DNA of 64,000 nucleotides from Lingula anatina (Eukaryota; Animalia; Brachiopoda), in contig CM120644.1 of assembly GCA_051362555.1 (NCBI GenBank), positions 11,678,567-11,742,566 on the forward strand. Direction: 5' to 3'. Position 1 is the stretch's first letter; each line of letters opens with the position of its first letter. Both the position numbers and the translations under genes were made by a program. The notes under the pieces are model-generated. The model saw only the letters and a program-made list of their open reading frames with translations, searched no databases and had not been told where the DNA came from. Below are positions 35,786 through 49,500 of this stretch, one piece after another.

Positions 35786-37977
35786 GTCACAATCTAGGGC
35801 AAGGTTTGCCTGTGCAAATTAACGGAAAACAGACACTTTATCATGGGGAACTCTCTGTCATGTCACACCGATGTAACTGGAACTTGAGATCGAAGCAAAT
35901 ACGTTTTGAAAGAATAGTGGTACGCAGCAGTTAAGTATATTTGAGCAGGAACAACGTACGGCTTTGTCCGAATTAAACCAGGTAGACGTGAACATTTCAC
36001 TTTTGCTGTGCCTGGTGTTGATCGACAGTCCGCCCACACATTGTATATGAACCACTTTAAGACACTATACTGCACCAACAGAGTAACATGAAACGTGCAC
36101 GTCGACAACAGTCGATGTTCCAAAAGTGGGAGTTGATGGTTTCAAGGTTAGCTCGCGTGTATTGAGTTGGGCGAGGGTTGTGTGAATTAAGGATGTTCAG
36201 GTAAAAAAAAAATTAATCACTGTTGTTTTTTGGATAGAACCTAGATGATATATAGGAGTCTTACCCTGGGGAGGAAATAAGCGGAAGAGGGAGGGGGTAC
36301 CACTGGCAATTTGATAGGCCTACTGTGTGTAGGCCTATAATATTATAAGTGGAGGTAGCCTACGTGTGGTTCAGTAATGTTCAGTATTGAGTAAGTAAAT
36401 AAAGGGATATACTACAATAAAGAACATAGATGACGCATTTAAGTACGAGTAAATAAGGTAAGAGATCTTTTGATTAAGAATAATAAAATAACATATCGGT
36501 ATGTAAATGATTATCGTTTGAAAGATGCATTTAATAATGGAACTGCAGATTTTCATTGCGATAGAGAACTCTCGCAGGGCTCAGCACAATCAGTGATATC
36601 AGCATTATTGTTATCATTATTCGTAGCAAAATTTTGATCTAGACAGTTTGTACAGTAAGTATGTATGTAATTCATTGAGTAATGGCAAAGCCGTTGCTCT
36701 AAATAAGATAGAGCTATAATATAGCTAGGGCAATATGACACAAGAAAATATTATTTGGGCTGCGCTGTGGCTTCTCTTAGTACATTTCGCCATCTATCGA
36801 GTAATAAACAAAACAAGTGTCTGCCGAAAACATAAAAGCTTTCTAACCAGTGACTTTAAATTTTGCTTTGCGCAGTGTTTACTTGTAAAACGAACCATTT
36901 TGTAGAATGCATGGAACAGAAGATGAACCCGAAGATGTTTTCATGTAAAATTTAGCAAAGTACGAAGGTAAGGAAACCCTTAACTGCCGTAGTGAATTTA
37001 CTAGTATGTTCTCATCAAAAGAATCGGCCATGATTTATAAATACTCTGGCTCTATTTTAGAGTCAGGTTTGGGCGATTTCATTCATAGTTAACGTCACTG
37101 CCGAGTTAAGTCCAGAACAGGTTTTGGAAAGTTGGTTGAAATTTGTTCAACGCTATGCAAAAAATTATCATTTTTGTTTGTAACCTTTCTACAAAAAAAG
37201 TACGGAATTTCCCCATTGTTGTTCTATGCATATCAAGTGTAAAATCAGAATGTGCCAGATATTAACACAAGCTATATATTTTGAGAGGTCTTTTTATCCA
37301 GAATCTTTTACTTTTGGAATTTTGAAATTATATCTAAACTTTAAAGTAAGGGAAATATCCCAGTTTTTAAATAGCCATATACTAGTAAGGGTAAATGGGA
37401 CCTCACATTTTAGCCAGAAAGCTGTGACCACTGAGTGCATTTTGTGCTGCCTTAAAATACTTCGCCCTTATCAATTTTCATGGGGTTTGTTGCATAAGAT
37501 CACGAATGATCTGTATTTCACATTTAAAAAAAGTTGTAGGTGGAGAAGAGAGATTTTGGCATAGGTTGTCAAAGGAGTTGTCTCAGTGGTTGTAGGTCAC
37601 AGGCAGGCCAGTGCTGCATTCTGATACATGTATATACTTAGTTATTGATTTGGTATAAGAGTATACAAACAGACATTTATGTAGTACTAGTAAGTTGATT
37701 TTTTTTCACTCTTTTGATATATTTAGGTAAGCATTGCTATGCTGTACTTAAAACTTGGCAGGTGTGAGTTTGGATTTCACTCTTGAATATATCGTTTGAA
37801 TGGGCAGTTTTTCTGTACTGCTAATTAAGAGAATCAAGGCATTTACGGGGATCATCCAAAATCAAGTTTTAAGTTAATAGTATCAACTTTATATTTTACA
37901 TTGCAGAGACTGCTTACTCTGTTGGATGGTGCTGGACTCGGCGACATTATTGTTGTGGCATCCAGTAACATTGGGAG

Positions 37978-39226
37978 ATGCCAAGAAAGAGGCCCACTGA
38001 GTCCTCATGGGACAGGTAGGAATCACTTTTAGTCACAAATACTGTACAGTAAATCTGAGTTTATTTTCATGATATGTTGGATTTATTTATTTATTAAAAA
38101 CATTAAATAATATGTGATGATTTTGTATTTAATTGTATTATAATTTAGCACTTTAATGCATTACTTTGTGCTTTATTTTTATGTATTTTTTCTTTTTGCA
38201 CTATGAAAATAATTATTATAACAGGGCTTGACATTAAGCCTGGGCCACTGAAAACCAACCTAGAGCCATTGAATTACTGGGGTCACTGGCCCAAAGAGCA
38301 AGTAAAATGTCATGTGTCAAATCATCTTTGCAATATTTACCGACATCTCTGGCCAGTATCGAAAAAAGTTAGTGTCAAGCCCTGTATATAAATAAAATGA
38401 AACAAAAATTGATGTAAAAATCAAGGGCATTGTGTAGAGTTTGTATACATTTTCATACAGATGAGTGTTTTGATATATTGTAACTGTATTAGTATTGCCA
38501 TGATCTTACAAGCTTCTCTCACATCTTTTACCAGTGATGATGACCTCCTGGATGAAGAGCTCTCTGGAATCCATGCATTTAGAAAGGTAATTTTTTTCAG
38601 TACTTTCCCACTCTGTTCCTAAAATTTTTCAACTTATTGGCTTTTCAGGACATCTGGGCTAAGATACTTCAGGCCCAAAACAGAAATAGTGATAAATTTT
38701 CTTAAATATACTGGCTTGTAGTCAAAGGTAATTAATGGCATTTGAATATTAACTCTTTTAATACGTGATGAATTATTGTTAATATTAAAGAATAATGTGA
38801 TGTGCCTTTTTTAATCTGACATCTCAGTCCAAAGATGATTCAGAGGAAGAATTTGATGAAGATGCCCTCCTAGGACTGGGTGATGACACTGATAAAGATG
38901 TCAGTGGGAAAGGTGGGTACTGTTTTAGTTTTTCTTTTAATAAGAAATATTTCAAGGAATTTCAGAAGCTGTTTTATAGTGTTTATTTTATATAATAGGC
39001 AAATAAATAATAATGGCAATAACAAGAAGAATTATATTATTAATCATTATTTATGATATTTATTATGCCTTTTTTCATGAGATTTGGTGCACTGGGGATA
39101 TTTAAGATGCATTAAGAGTCCTATTTGAAATCATATTGAAAGTCAAGTTGTGGTTAATATATTAACTGTTATTAGGCTATAAAGTCATCTAGAAACTGGG
39201 GGTTTGAAACTTAAATCAACATACAT

Positions 39227-39261
<35 letters not shown>

Positions 39262-40475
39262 AGATGAGACTGCAGATGACCTGGAAGAGTCAGCACCACC
39301 TGATGAAGACTTTGTGGAGATAGAGTGAGTTGAGTTTTTATTTAGAATTTAGTTCTGTTGTATTCTTGGACCAATACACTATGCACAGTTTGGTTGATGA
39401 CTTTATATTGACCTCATTATTTGCAAATGTAAAATTATATAATTCTGTTATCATGGACATATTCTGAGTCTTCATCGTCATCTTCAGTGATGTCATTTTC
39501 ATTAGCAATACCATCGTCATGCACTTTGCTCATTTGTGTCAACAAAAAAAAAAAAAAAAAAGTGTAGCTCATTATATATTAAACCAGAATGCTTTTGAGG
39601 GCTAAAATATAGTTTCAGTTAGAAAACCAACAAGATTTTTCTTGTACGGAATATGATTAAATGTAATGGGCATTGCAGGCCCATAACTGATGAGTTCACT
39701 GCCCAGAACGAGGAAGAGGAGGAGGACCTTATCGAGGAAGATGTGATTGACATTGACGTCTCAGCAGGGGGTGACTTAGATGACACAGGGATAGACACAC
39801 ATGATGACACGCAGGATGACACAGAGGGTGACACGCAGAGAGATGATGTGGTTACTAGTACTGTAAAGGAAGCCTGGCCTGAGGTAAATGTTGTATTATT
39901 TCTAAAGAAGTTAAAATGCGTGGATGTCACCTTGGCTGTTGAGTCTAAAAACCACATTAAAATGAACTTTTTTGATGGCATACTGGTCTGCTGTAATGCA
40001 AAAAATCTGACCCAAAATGAGTAAAGTACTGTATAGAATATATACAGAGTATATATAATCACCCATGCCCTTTTTAATTTCCAGGCCCCTGAATCAAGTA
40101 CACGTCGAAGCGCTAAATCCAGGCTAGGACCAAAAACTGCTGAGCCTGACATCCAAGAACAAGAGGTACACTTTTGATGTTGTTTGAATTTTTATATGTC
40201 TTTTCAAAATTGTAAAATGGACAAGTTTCAAAACTTGTCACTTATGATGAGAAACTAAACTAGCATGGTTGTCTTTAAAGTGTTTTGTTTGAGATGTTTG
40301 TGTATGTGTGTGCATGTTTTCACTCATGCTCGATGCACATACATATAAACACGTGAGAGATTAAGGCCCAATGAAACCCATGTTCACAGGGGGCAAATTC
40401 AATACAACAAGTCAAATCAACCATTTTTATGTACAGACACAGATGTGTCTGTACATATAGCCATCATCTGCGTCT

Positions 40476-40507
<32 letters not shown>

Positions 40508-43500
40508 GCACTTTTACGGATAACACGATAAGTGGAAAACCATTTTGCCTTTTGATTTGAATCTTGCAGAACTGATGAATATTCATAATACGCAGGTCAA
40601 GTTCGAAAATCAGCATGATCGGGTCACTCTTAGGGAATTTATGCTGTTTTTTTCACTTTTTTCAACATATATGCAGCACCGATAACACGATAAGTGGAAA
40701 ACCATTTTACCTTTTGAGTTGAAACTTACAGAACTGATGAATATTCATAATACGCAGGTCAAGTTCGAAAATCAGCATGATCGGGTCACTTTTAGGGAAT
40801 TTATGCAGTTTTTTCACTTTTTTCAGCATATATGCAGCACCGATAACACGATAAGTGGAAAACCATTTTACCTTTTGACTTGAAGCTTACAGAACTGATG
40901 AATATTCATAATACGCAGGTCAAGTTCGAAAATCAGCATGATCGGGTCACTTTTAGGGAATTTATGCTGTTTTTTCACTTTTTTTAGCATATATGTAGCA
41001 CCGATAACACGATAAGTGGAAAACCATTTTACCTTTTGACTTGAAACTTACAGAACTGATGAATATTCATAATACACAGGTCAAGTTCGAAAATCAGCAT
41101 GATTGGGCTATTTTGAGGGAATTTATGCTGTTTTTTCACTATTTTCAATATAAATGCAACACTGATAACACAATATAAGAAAAACGGATTGGCCAATTGT
41201 AATTATACTCACAGGAGTGGTCAATCTTACTAAAACGCAGGTTGAGGTCGAAAATCAGCATAATCGGGCCATTATTTTAGAAGTTAACTGTTTTTTTCAC
41301 ATTTCCTCAGATTCAATTCTTAAGCATGTTAACAGTCTCATTATTTAACTAATAAGATGCCTAAAAGTGTTTGTTTGATATTTCCTGCATCTTTACAACA
41401 TTGTTAGTTGATTATGTAAAAAACATGGTAAACTTGTTATCATGTATTGTGTAATAAAGTGTCAAAAATGGAAATAAACTCATATCATTGCAGTTTGTCA
41501 GATTCAATCATCCACTATGTTCAGAATCTCAGAATGGAGGAAATTGGACATTTAACACTGTTCTATTTCCCATCTCATCAATTTTCTTAGTTGGTCATAT
41601 AAAAATGGCAGTAAAATGTTTATTTTGTTTTATGTTAAAAAAGTGTTAAAAATGGAAATAAACCCATTTCAGAACAGTGCTGTCTTGTTCAGCATATATG
41701 CAACACCGATAACACGATAAGTGAAAAACTGCATTACATTTTGGCTTGAAACTAACAGTACTGATGAATATTCATAATACGCTGGTTAAGTTCGAAAATC
41801 AGCATGATCGGGTAATTTTTAGGGAAGTTATGCTTTTTTTTCACTTTTTTCAGCATATATGCAACACCGTAAACACGATAAGTGAAAAACTGTATTACAT
41901 TTTGGTTTGAAACTTACAGAACTGATGAATATTCATAATTCGCCGGTCAAGTTCGAAAATCAGCATGATCGGGTAATTTTTAGGGAAGTTATGCTTTTTT
42001 TTCACTTTTTTCAGCATATATGCAACACCGTAAACACAATATAAGAAAAACAGATTGGCCAATTGTCATTGTACTCACAGGAGTGGTCAGTCTTGCTAAA
42101 ATGTAGGTTGAGTTTAAAAATCAGTATAATGGGGCCATTATTTTAGGAGTTATGCTGTTTTTTCACAATTCCACAGATTCAATTCTTAGGCATGTTAACA
42201 GTCTCATAATTGAACTAATAAGAAATGTAAAAGTGTTTGTTTGATATTTCCTGCATCTTTACAACATTTTTAGCTGATTATGTAAAAATGATGGTAAACT
42301 TGTTATCGTGTATTGTGTAATAAAGTGTCAAAAATGGAAATAAACTCATATCATTGCAGTTTGTCAGATGCATTCATCCACTATGTTCAGAATCTCAGAA
42401 TGGAGGAAGTTGGACATATAACACTGTTCTATTGATACTTTTCCCATCTCATCAATTTTCTTCATTGGTCATATAAAAATGGCAGTAAACTGTTTATTTT
42501 GTTTTATGTTAAAATAGTGTTAAAAATGGAAATAAACCCATTTCAGAACAGTGCTGTCTTGTTTACATTTTGGCATTTTCAATATGTGACTTTTAAGTTC
42601 CATGAGCCTGAAGACTTTTGCTAGTCACATTTTCTGAATAACCATGATACTAATATTTTATAATTAAAAATTGATGGTCATTATGCTGCAAAACATTATG
42701 TAATGTTGCATCAAAATTTGAAGAAACCCCTATTTTGGGCACTGCTCCCATGATGACCATTTAAGGAAAATCATGTCAATTACTGTTCTCAAACTTACAG
42801 GAAAGAAACATGGGTCTAAAATACAGCTTCAGTAGACAATGCAGTCTGTTTGGTAAATTTTTCTGGCAATTAAACAGTTTTTTGTGAAAATTTAATTTTT
42901 TACTTATTGGCATTTCCAAGGTGTGACTTAGAACCTCCACGGGCTTGAAGACCCATGCTAGTCACATTTTCTTAAAATCCATGACAGGTATAATTTATTA
43001 TGAAAAATAGATGGTCATTATGCTGTAAAACATTATGTAATATTGCATCAAAATTTGAAGAAACCCCTATTTTGGGCACTGCTCCCATGATGACCATTTA
43101 AGGAAAGTCATGTCACTTACTGTTCTCAAACTTACAGGAAAGAAACATGGGACTAAAATACAGCTTCAGTAGGCAATGCAGTCTGTTTGGTAAATTTTTC
43201 TGGTAGTAAAGCAGTTTTTTTGTGAAAATGTAATTTTTCACATATTGGCATTTTCAATGTATGACTTAGAACCTCCACGGGCTTGAAGACCCATGCTAGT
43301 CACATTTTCTGAAAATTCATGACACTTATATTTTATTATTAAAAATCGATGGTCATTATGCCGTTAAGCATTATGTAATGTTGCATCAAAATAGAAGAAA
43401 ACACAATTTTGGGTGCTGCTGCCTTGATGACCATTATGGGAAAACTGTGTTACTTATGACTGTCAAACTTTCAAAAAAGAAACACAGGACTAAAATGCAG

Positions 43501-46500
43501 CCTGAGTTGGAAAAGCAGTCTAATTGGCTTCTTTTTCTGGAAGCTATACATTTTAGTGTAATATTCATTATCTTTTTGGCATATTCATTGTGGGACTCAG
43601 AGCTCCTATGGACATGAAGCCGAATGGTAATCATATTTTCTACATATCCATCCTATTTATAGTCAATAAACAAAAATTGGTGATAATTATTCTCTAATTT
43701 ATTATTTAATGTTACATCAAAATTGACAACAATCTTTTTGCACTGCTACTGCAAACATTATGAAAAGAAAACTGTGCTACTTATTATCATTTTTAACTTA
43801 CAAGTACGATTTTTAGGATTGGCCTTCAGCTCATATGAGAAACCCAGCTCTATTGGATTATCATTTTTATTGAATTTATGCATTTTTTGTGAAATTTTCA
43901 TTTTTCTCATTCTGGCACTTTCTAAGTATAAACTTGAACTCCGATGGGCCTGAAGCCTTATGCTTTTAATTTGGTCTGTGTTACCTGTTGTGCATAAGTT
44001 GATGTTGACTGTGCAGTTAAACATAATGTATTATTGCATCAGGATTGGTAGTCTCCTATTTTGGGCATTATGGTTTTGTGCTTTTCTTAAAGTGTGACTT
44101 ATGGGCCGAAAGACCTTTGAGTGGGTCAGTCTGTAAATTACCCTTGGGTATCACTAGATTAATTTCAGAGTTATAAAGTCATTTGCCTTAATAGGCCATT
44201 AAATGAGATTACATAAAGCACAGTTGTTGATATTTCCCTGTAAACTCCCAAAGGTAAAGCTCTCTGCTAGATTAATAATAAGGAAGCAGTGATAATTATG
44301 CAGGTAAATTTTGTTTAATATTGCAAATAAGTTTTAAATTATATATATATATATTATAACTGGAAGATTAAAAGTTTGAATAGCATCTTCATTGGAATTA
44401 TATTTACCTCAACTCTGCCAAGGAGGTCATATTTTCACCCCCGTTTGTCTGTCATCCACATAACACAAAAAGTTATGGACTGATTTTGCAGAAATTTTCA
44501 GGAACTGTCGGAAGTGGGCCAAAGAGGACAATGATTAATTTTTGGTGGTGGTCTGGAACAATAATCAATCAATTATCAATAATAATCAACAATTGCTGCC
44601 TTGGCAGAGGTCTGCACTCTCAAAGTGCTTTTCTAGCTTTGTTATGTTTTCCTTTATAATTTTTTCTCAAACACTTGCATTTGTGACTTTTAACTCTCAC
44701 CTGCCTGGGGCTCTGCACATTTTTTGTATTTCCACATAAGCAGTTGTATTGTTTTTTATGTCTTTAAACATTATGTAATATTATTTTATGCACTGTCATC
44801 ATTTTTCAAATATTGAGAGTTTCATAGTGTGAATTTGAACTCTCATGGTCCTGAAACTGTAATTTTATTGAAGGGGTGGACCATCTTCTGGGTCTTCCTG
44901 AAGACAGTCAGGTAATAAAGTTTATATTGACTGGTATCTATTTTTTTCTGTTGGAAGACCATCAAAATGGAGGATGGATCAACATAGATACTTTGTAATA
45001 CTGTCAGAAAATATCTCTGGGTCCGCTCCTGTTATTGACCATGTTACCTGTTGTGCAAGATTAAAATTCAGTGTTGACTGACAGTGCTATTATAAGCATT
45101 ATTTATTATTGCATCAAAATTGACAAAATGACCTATTTTGCATCTTTATTTTCTGTTTTTTGTCTGTACATTTGACAGCTTTGCTGCCTTGTTTGTTTAG
45201 CCAACTTATGTCAATTTTAGCATTTGGCTAAATTGGCAAGTTTTAGCGCTACCCTGGCTTGTACATATATTTGTATCAGGATATTTTCTTTACAGTTTCT
45301 AAATAAAGGAAAGTTAGCATGATGACAGCTAACAATGTTTCATTTGTCTTTGCTTAGGAGCATGAACCTGCAGGAGAACAGGCTGACACGACTGTCTCGT
45401 ACATGCATGAGGACAGCGTGCAGCATGCAGAGGACGAGAGTGAGGAGAGCGAGAGTGATGAGGAGGAGAGAAGGGGGCGGTTTAAGACGGAGAGGAAAAT
45501 GATCAAGTTGACCAGTTCCGGTGGTCACTCCAATGCCACCTCCAGATCAAGGACTGAGATCCCAGACACGCTGGGTTAGTTTTGATTTACTGTGTCTGTC
45601 TGTCTCAGACCATTGCAGTTGACACGTGTCCATACCATGACTTTTTTTTTACTGAATCTCATACTTTGAACTGGCTGTTTATAAATAGATACAAAACATC
45701 ATCTGTGTAGTGATATGCATATTGATATAAAGTTTGCTCTGTTAAAGAGATCAGCAAAGAAGAACAAGACAAGATAGAAGAATTTCTTCACCACAAGGGA
45801 AGAGGCAAACGCTTCCAAAAACCAAACCAGCAGCAACATCAGAGGGGTAAAGGACAACAGTCTCAGCAGCAACAACATCATCAGCAACAGCAGCAGTTTG
45901 GACCCCGGGGACGAGGATGGACACCCCCAAGGGCCCAGGGCTCCATGCCACGCCCAGGTATGAGAGCTATGGCTAGATTTACATCTGTTTCATTTGAAGT
46001 TGTTTGAACATTGAATTTCTTACTTCATTGAAAAATTTACATATTTAGAGGTTTCATTGAGTTTAAGGGCAAAGATTATACAAATGGTCTATTCTCAATT
46101 CAAAGCTGTATCAGAGTGGTTCTGACTGATTAAGTCCCTATGAATTTTATTGACACTCCAGTACTTACTAAAGAGAGATTTTAAGTAAAACTTACAAGAA
46201 CGTTCACAGTTATGTAGTTTAATGAAAGAAACAGAAAAGAATTTCATATTTGTTTCATACTCACATCTCATACATGTACTAGGGGCCAACCAAGCCACAC
46301 CCTTGCTCCAGACCCCTGGGGTGCCTATGCCACGCCCTGTTCCAGGCCAGCCAAGAAAGATTCTCATTAACCCACATTTCCGAGGGACAGTCACAGTGCG
46401 TCCCGAGGCCAGGTTAATATGGGACAGGGACACACCCACTTCTCTAGCGGGACAGCCACTGGCGGCATCTGGGATGACCCTGGGCGGACCTGGGATGCCA

Positions 46501-49500
46501 CCAGGGGCGGGTCCGCAGCCGGCACGCCCACAAGAGGCAGTGCATCACAGACCCCCTCTGTACCCAGCACCTTCATCTCAACCACAGCCGCAACCGTATC
46601 AGCCACCTCAGCAGCTCATGGCTGGGGTTCCTCCTGGCAGTGTGCAGGGTCCCCCTGGTGGCATGCAGCAACCCATGTCATCTTCTCAGCATGTGGGATA
46701 TCAGGTGCTGTGAAAAGAACAATCACAATGGAATTTTTGACATGCAGAAGCTTTTTTCAATGAAGGGATTGAATTTAAAGTTGTTGCAAGTTTTTTGCAA
46801 GTTGAAAAATAATAGTAGCAATCTCGCAGGAAAAGAGTTGTGTAATATCTAAGAATTGTTGTTTTGTTTATTTCCTGCTTCTATCAGTAAAAAAAATTAT
46901 ATTTAGTATTATATTTTTAAGACAGACTTTTCATATATACTCATATATATTTTTTTCTCATTTCAATATTTTCATTACAGTGACATCTTATGACAAAATT
47001 GAATCATAAACTATATTTTGTTTTTAGCCTGGTCCATACCAGCACCCTCATCAAGCCCCAAATGCTGGTCCTCCCAGAACAGGACCTCCAGGGCCTGGAG
47101 GACCACAGCTACAGCACCAGGTAAATGGGAACTAGTTGAAAGAAACACAGATACACAGGCTATCAACAGTGTTGTGTACTTCAAGTCTCAATAAAAAAAT
47201 TCATACTTTAAAAGTTATAATTAAAAATAAAGGGCTTTTACTGAGTTGTTATAAAAAAATTACCATTGAAATGAATATGTAGATTTTATGTAATTAAAAG
47301 CTGTTGAAATTAATGATTCATTTGAATGCTACAGGAACTGTAGCGTCTGACAAGTAACAATAAGGTATGATTTACACCTTTGTCGCAAAAAGATGGTTTT
47401 GAGTTGTTGAAAAGAAAATCAAAGGCTTTTCCCTCTCGTTGTTTCAGGAACAGTTTCGACCACCTGGTCAAAGTCAAGGATGGGGTGTGCCCTCGGGATC
47501 CCCGCCCCCTGGGCAGGCCTACCCCCAACCAGGATCCCTGCCACCCCAGTCACATTACCCACCCCAGGCTTCATATAGTGCACCACACCAGCAGGGCCAG
47601 GCTCCAATATACAGCCATGCCCCAATGGGCCCTGGCCCAGGAGGACCACGACCTGCTGTGGCACCTGGTGTGGGAGGACAGCCGGCCTTTCCCAGGCCTC
47701 AGCAGGGCTACCATCCAGGGCAGGGACAGCAACCTGTGAGACCCCTTATGGCACAGCAGGCACCATATGGAGGTGAGTTAAGTCATAAAAACAGTGCTGA
47801 ACTAGCATAGACCATTGTTTTTATTAGTTAAGGGTTATTGTTAAAATAAAAAAAAAACAAAGAGAATATATAAAATACTGATGAATATTCAACTTAAAGT
47901 TTAAATGTCAAGTTTTCATAAATATTTATTGATAAGCACAATATACACTGAAACTCATATACATAAAATAATCTTTATATAATCTTGTAGAAAAAAATTA
48001 AGTCTGTGGCTTTGAACAGAATGTATATGAGCCTTCCTCAACTCCAATATTTGTGCAATTCATACAATTTTTTTCTATCTAAAAGTGAAGAGTATTCAAC
48101 ATTTTCTGTACATCTGCCCAATCCTTTCTAAATAAGATCTAATTATTGTACCACCAGCGTAGGCGCTGGCGGTACACATGGTTTTAGTCCCGACCCGTAT
48201 GTTCCGCCGGCTCCTGCGGCTCCTGCGGCTCCGCCGCCAAGTCACCGTTACCGCTTCTCCTCCTAGACGGTAAGGGCCTCCATACCCATCTCTTGGATTT
48301 AGGTCACCTATAATCTCAACTCGTTCCACGTAAAATTTGGGCTTTGTCGGTATTGGGGTCTAGGTGTGGCACTCATTGCAATGCACCCTTGTCCAAAAAT
48401 GGCAAAATTAAATGCTAATTATCTCCCCTACAGAAGGAATTATGGGAAAAATTTCTACAGACAGCTTTCCAAAAGTCATATGTGTAGATTTCAAATATGC
48501 CCTTGGATTTGACCTTTGACCTTTATTTTAAGGTCAAACGGGCCAAAATTTTCAAAAAAACAAAATTTTTGCCGAAAAAAAAATTATTTGCGGTCTTATT
48601 CAGACACCACACAGACTTAACTAATAATATTAATGGAAAGTGTTACCCTTCAGGTCATCTTTCATCTCCGTGAATTTGGGGTCAATCGGTGCATTTTCAC
48701 GGGAGTAGCGGCCATAAGATATCGAAACTGAAAACTGTCTCTAATTCGGGAACCGTTAATGCTAGACACCCATTCTTTTTTGCATTTTGTAGAGCATGTA
48801 AAGCCCAACACTGGAGGTGGTCTCCGTTTTTTTGTATTCCATACGGTTTTCGAGTTACGCTGTATCAAAAAGTACATATTGGTGGTGAAAGCAAAATGTG
48901 CAGTACGGTAATGGATAATAAATTTTGAACTCCGGAAAAATAAAACATAAGGCTTGGCAAAGCAGACAACTTGTGGTCAAAAATGACATTATTTCAACAA
49001 ATTTGAACATCTGGAACTTCAGAGCACCTCCCATTTCAAGAATTTTGACCAAAATGACCTTTTCTTTATTTTAATTAATTTTTTTTGTAGGAAATTTATG
49101 GCACATTATGGTAACTCCAAAATTATAACATTTAGTCCCTTATATCTCCAAAACTGGCAGAGATAGGTCCATAGTTACTATTGAACTTGAATAGGAAGTC
49201 ATATACTGGCAATCTAAATGTGACCTTAAAATTTACCTTTGACCTACTTTTCACCATGAACTGAACTTTGCAAATTTTGCTTCCCATTTATCTCCAAAAC
49301 TTGCAGAGATAGGTCCATAGTTACTATTGAAGTTGAATAGGAAGTCATATACTGGCAATCTAAATGTGACCTTAAAATTGACCTTTGACCTACTTTTCAC
49401 CATGAACTGAACTTTGCAAATTTTGCTTCCCTTTTATCTCCAAAACTGGCAGAGATAGGTCCATAGTTACTATTGAAGTTGAATAGGAAGTCATATACTG

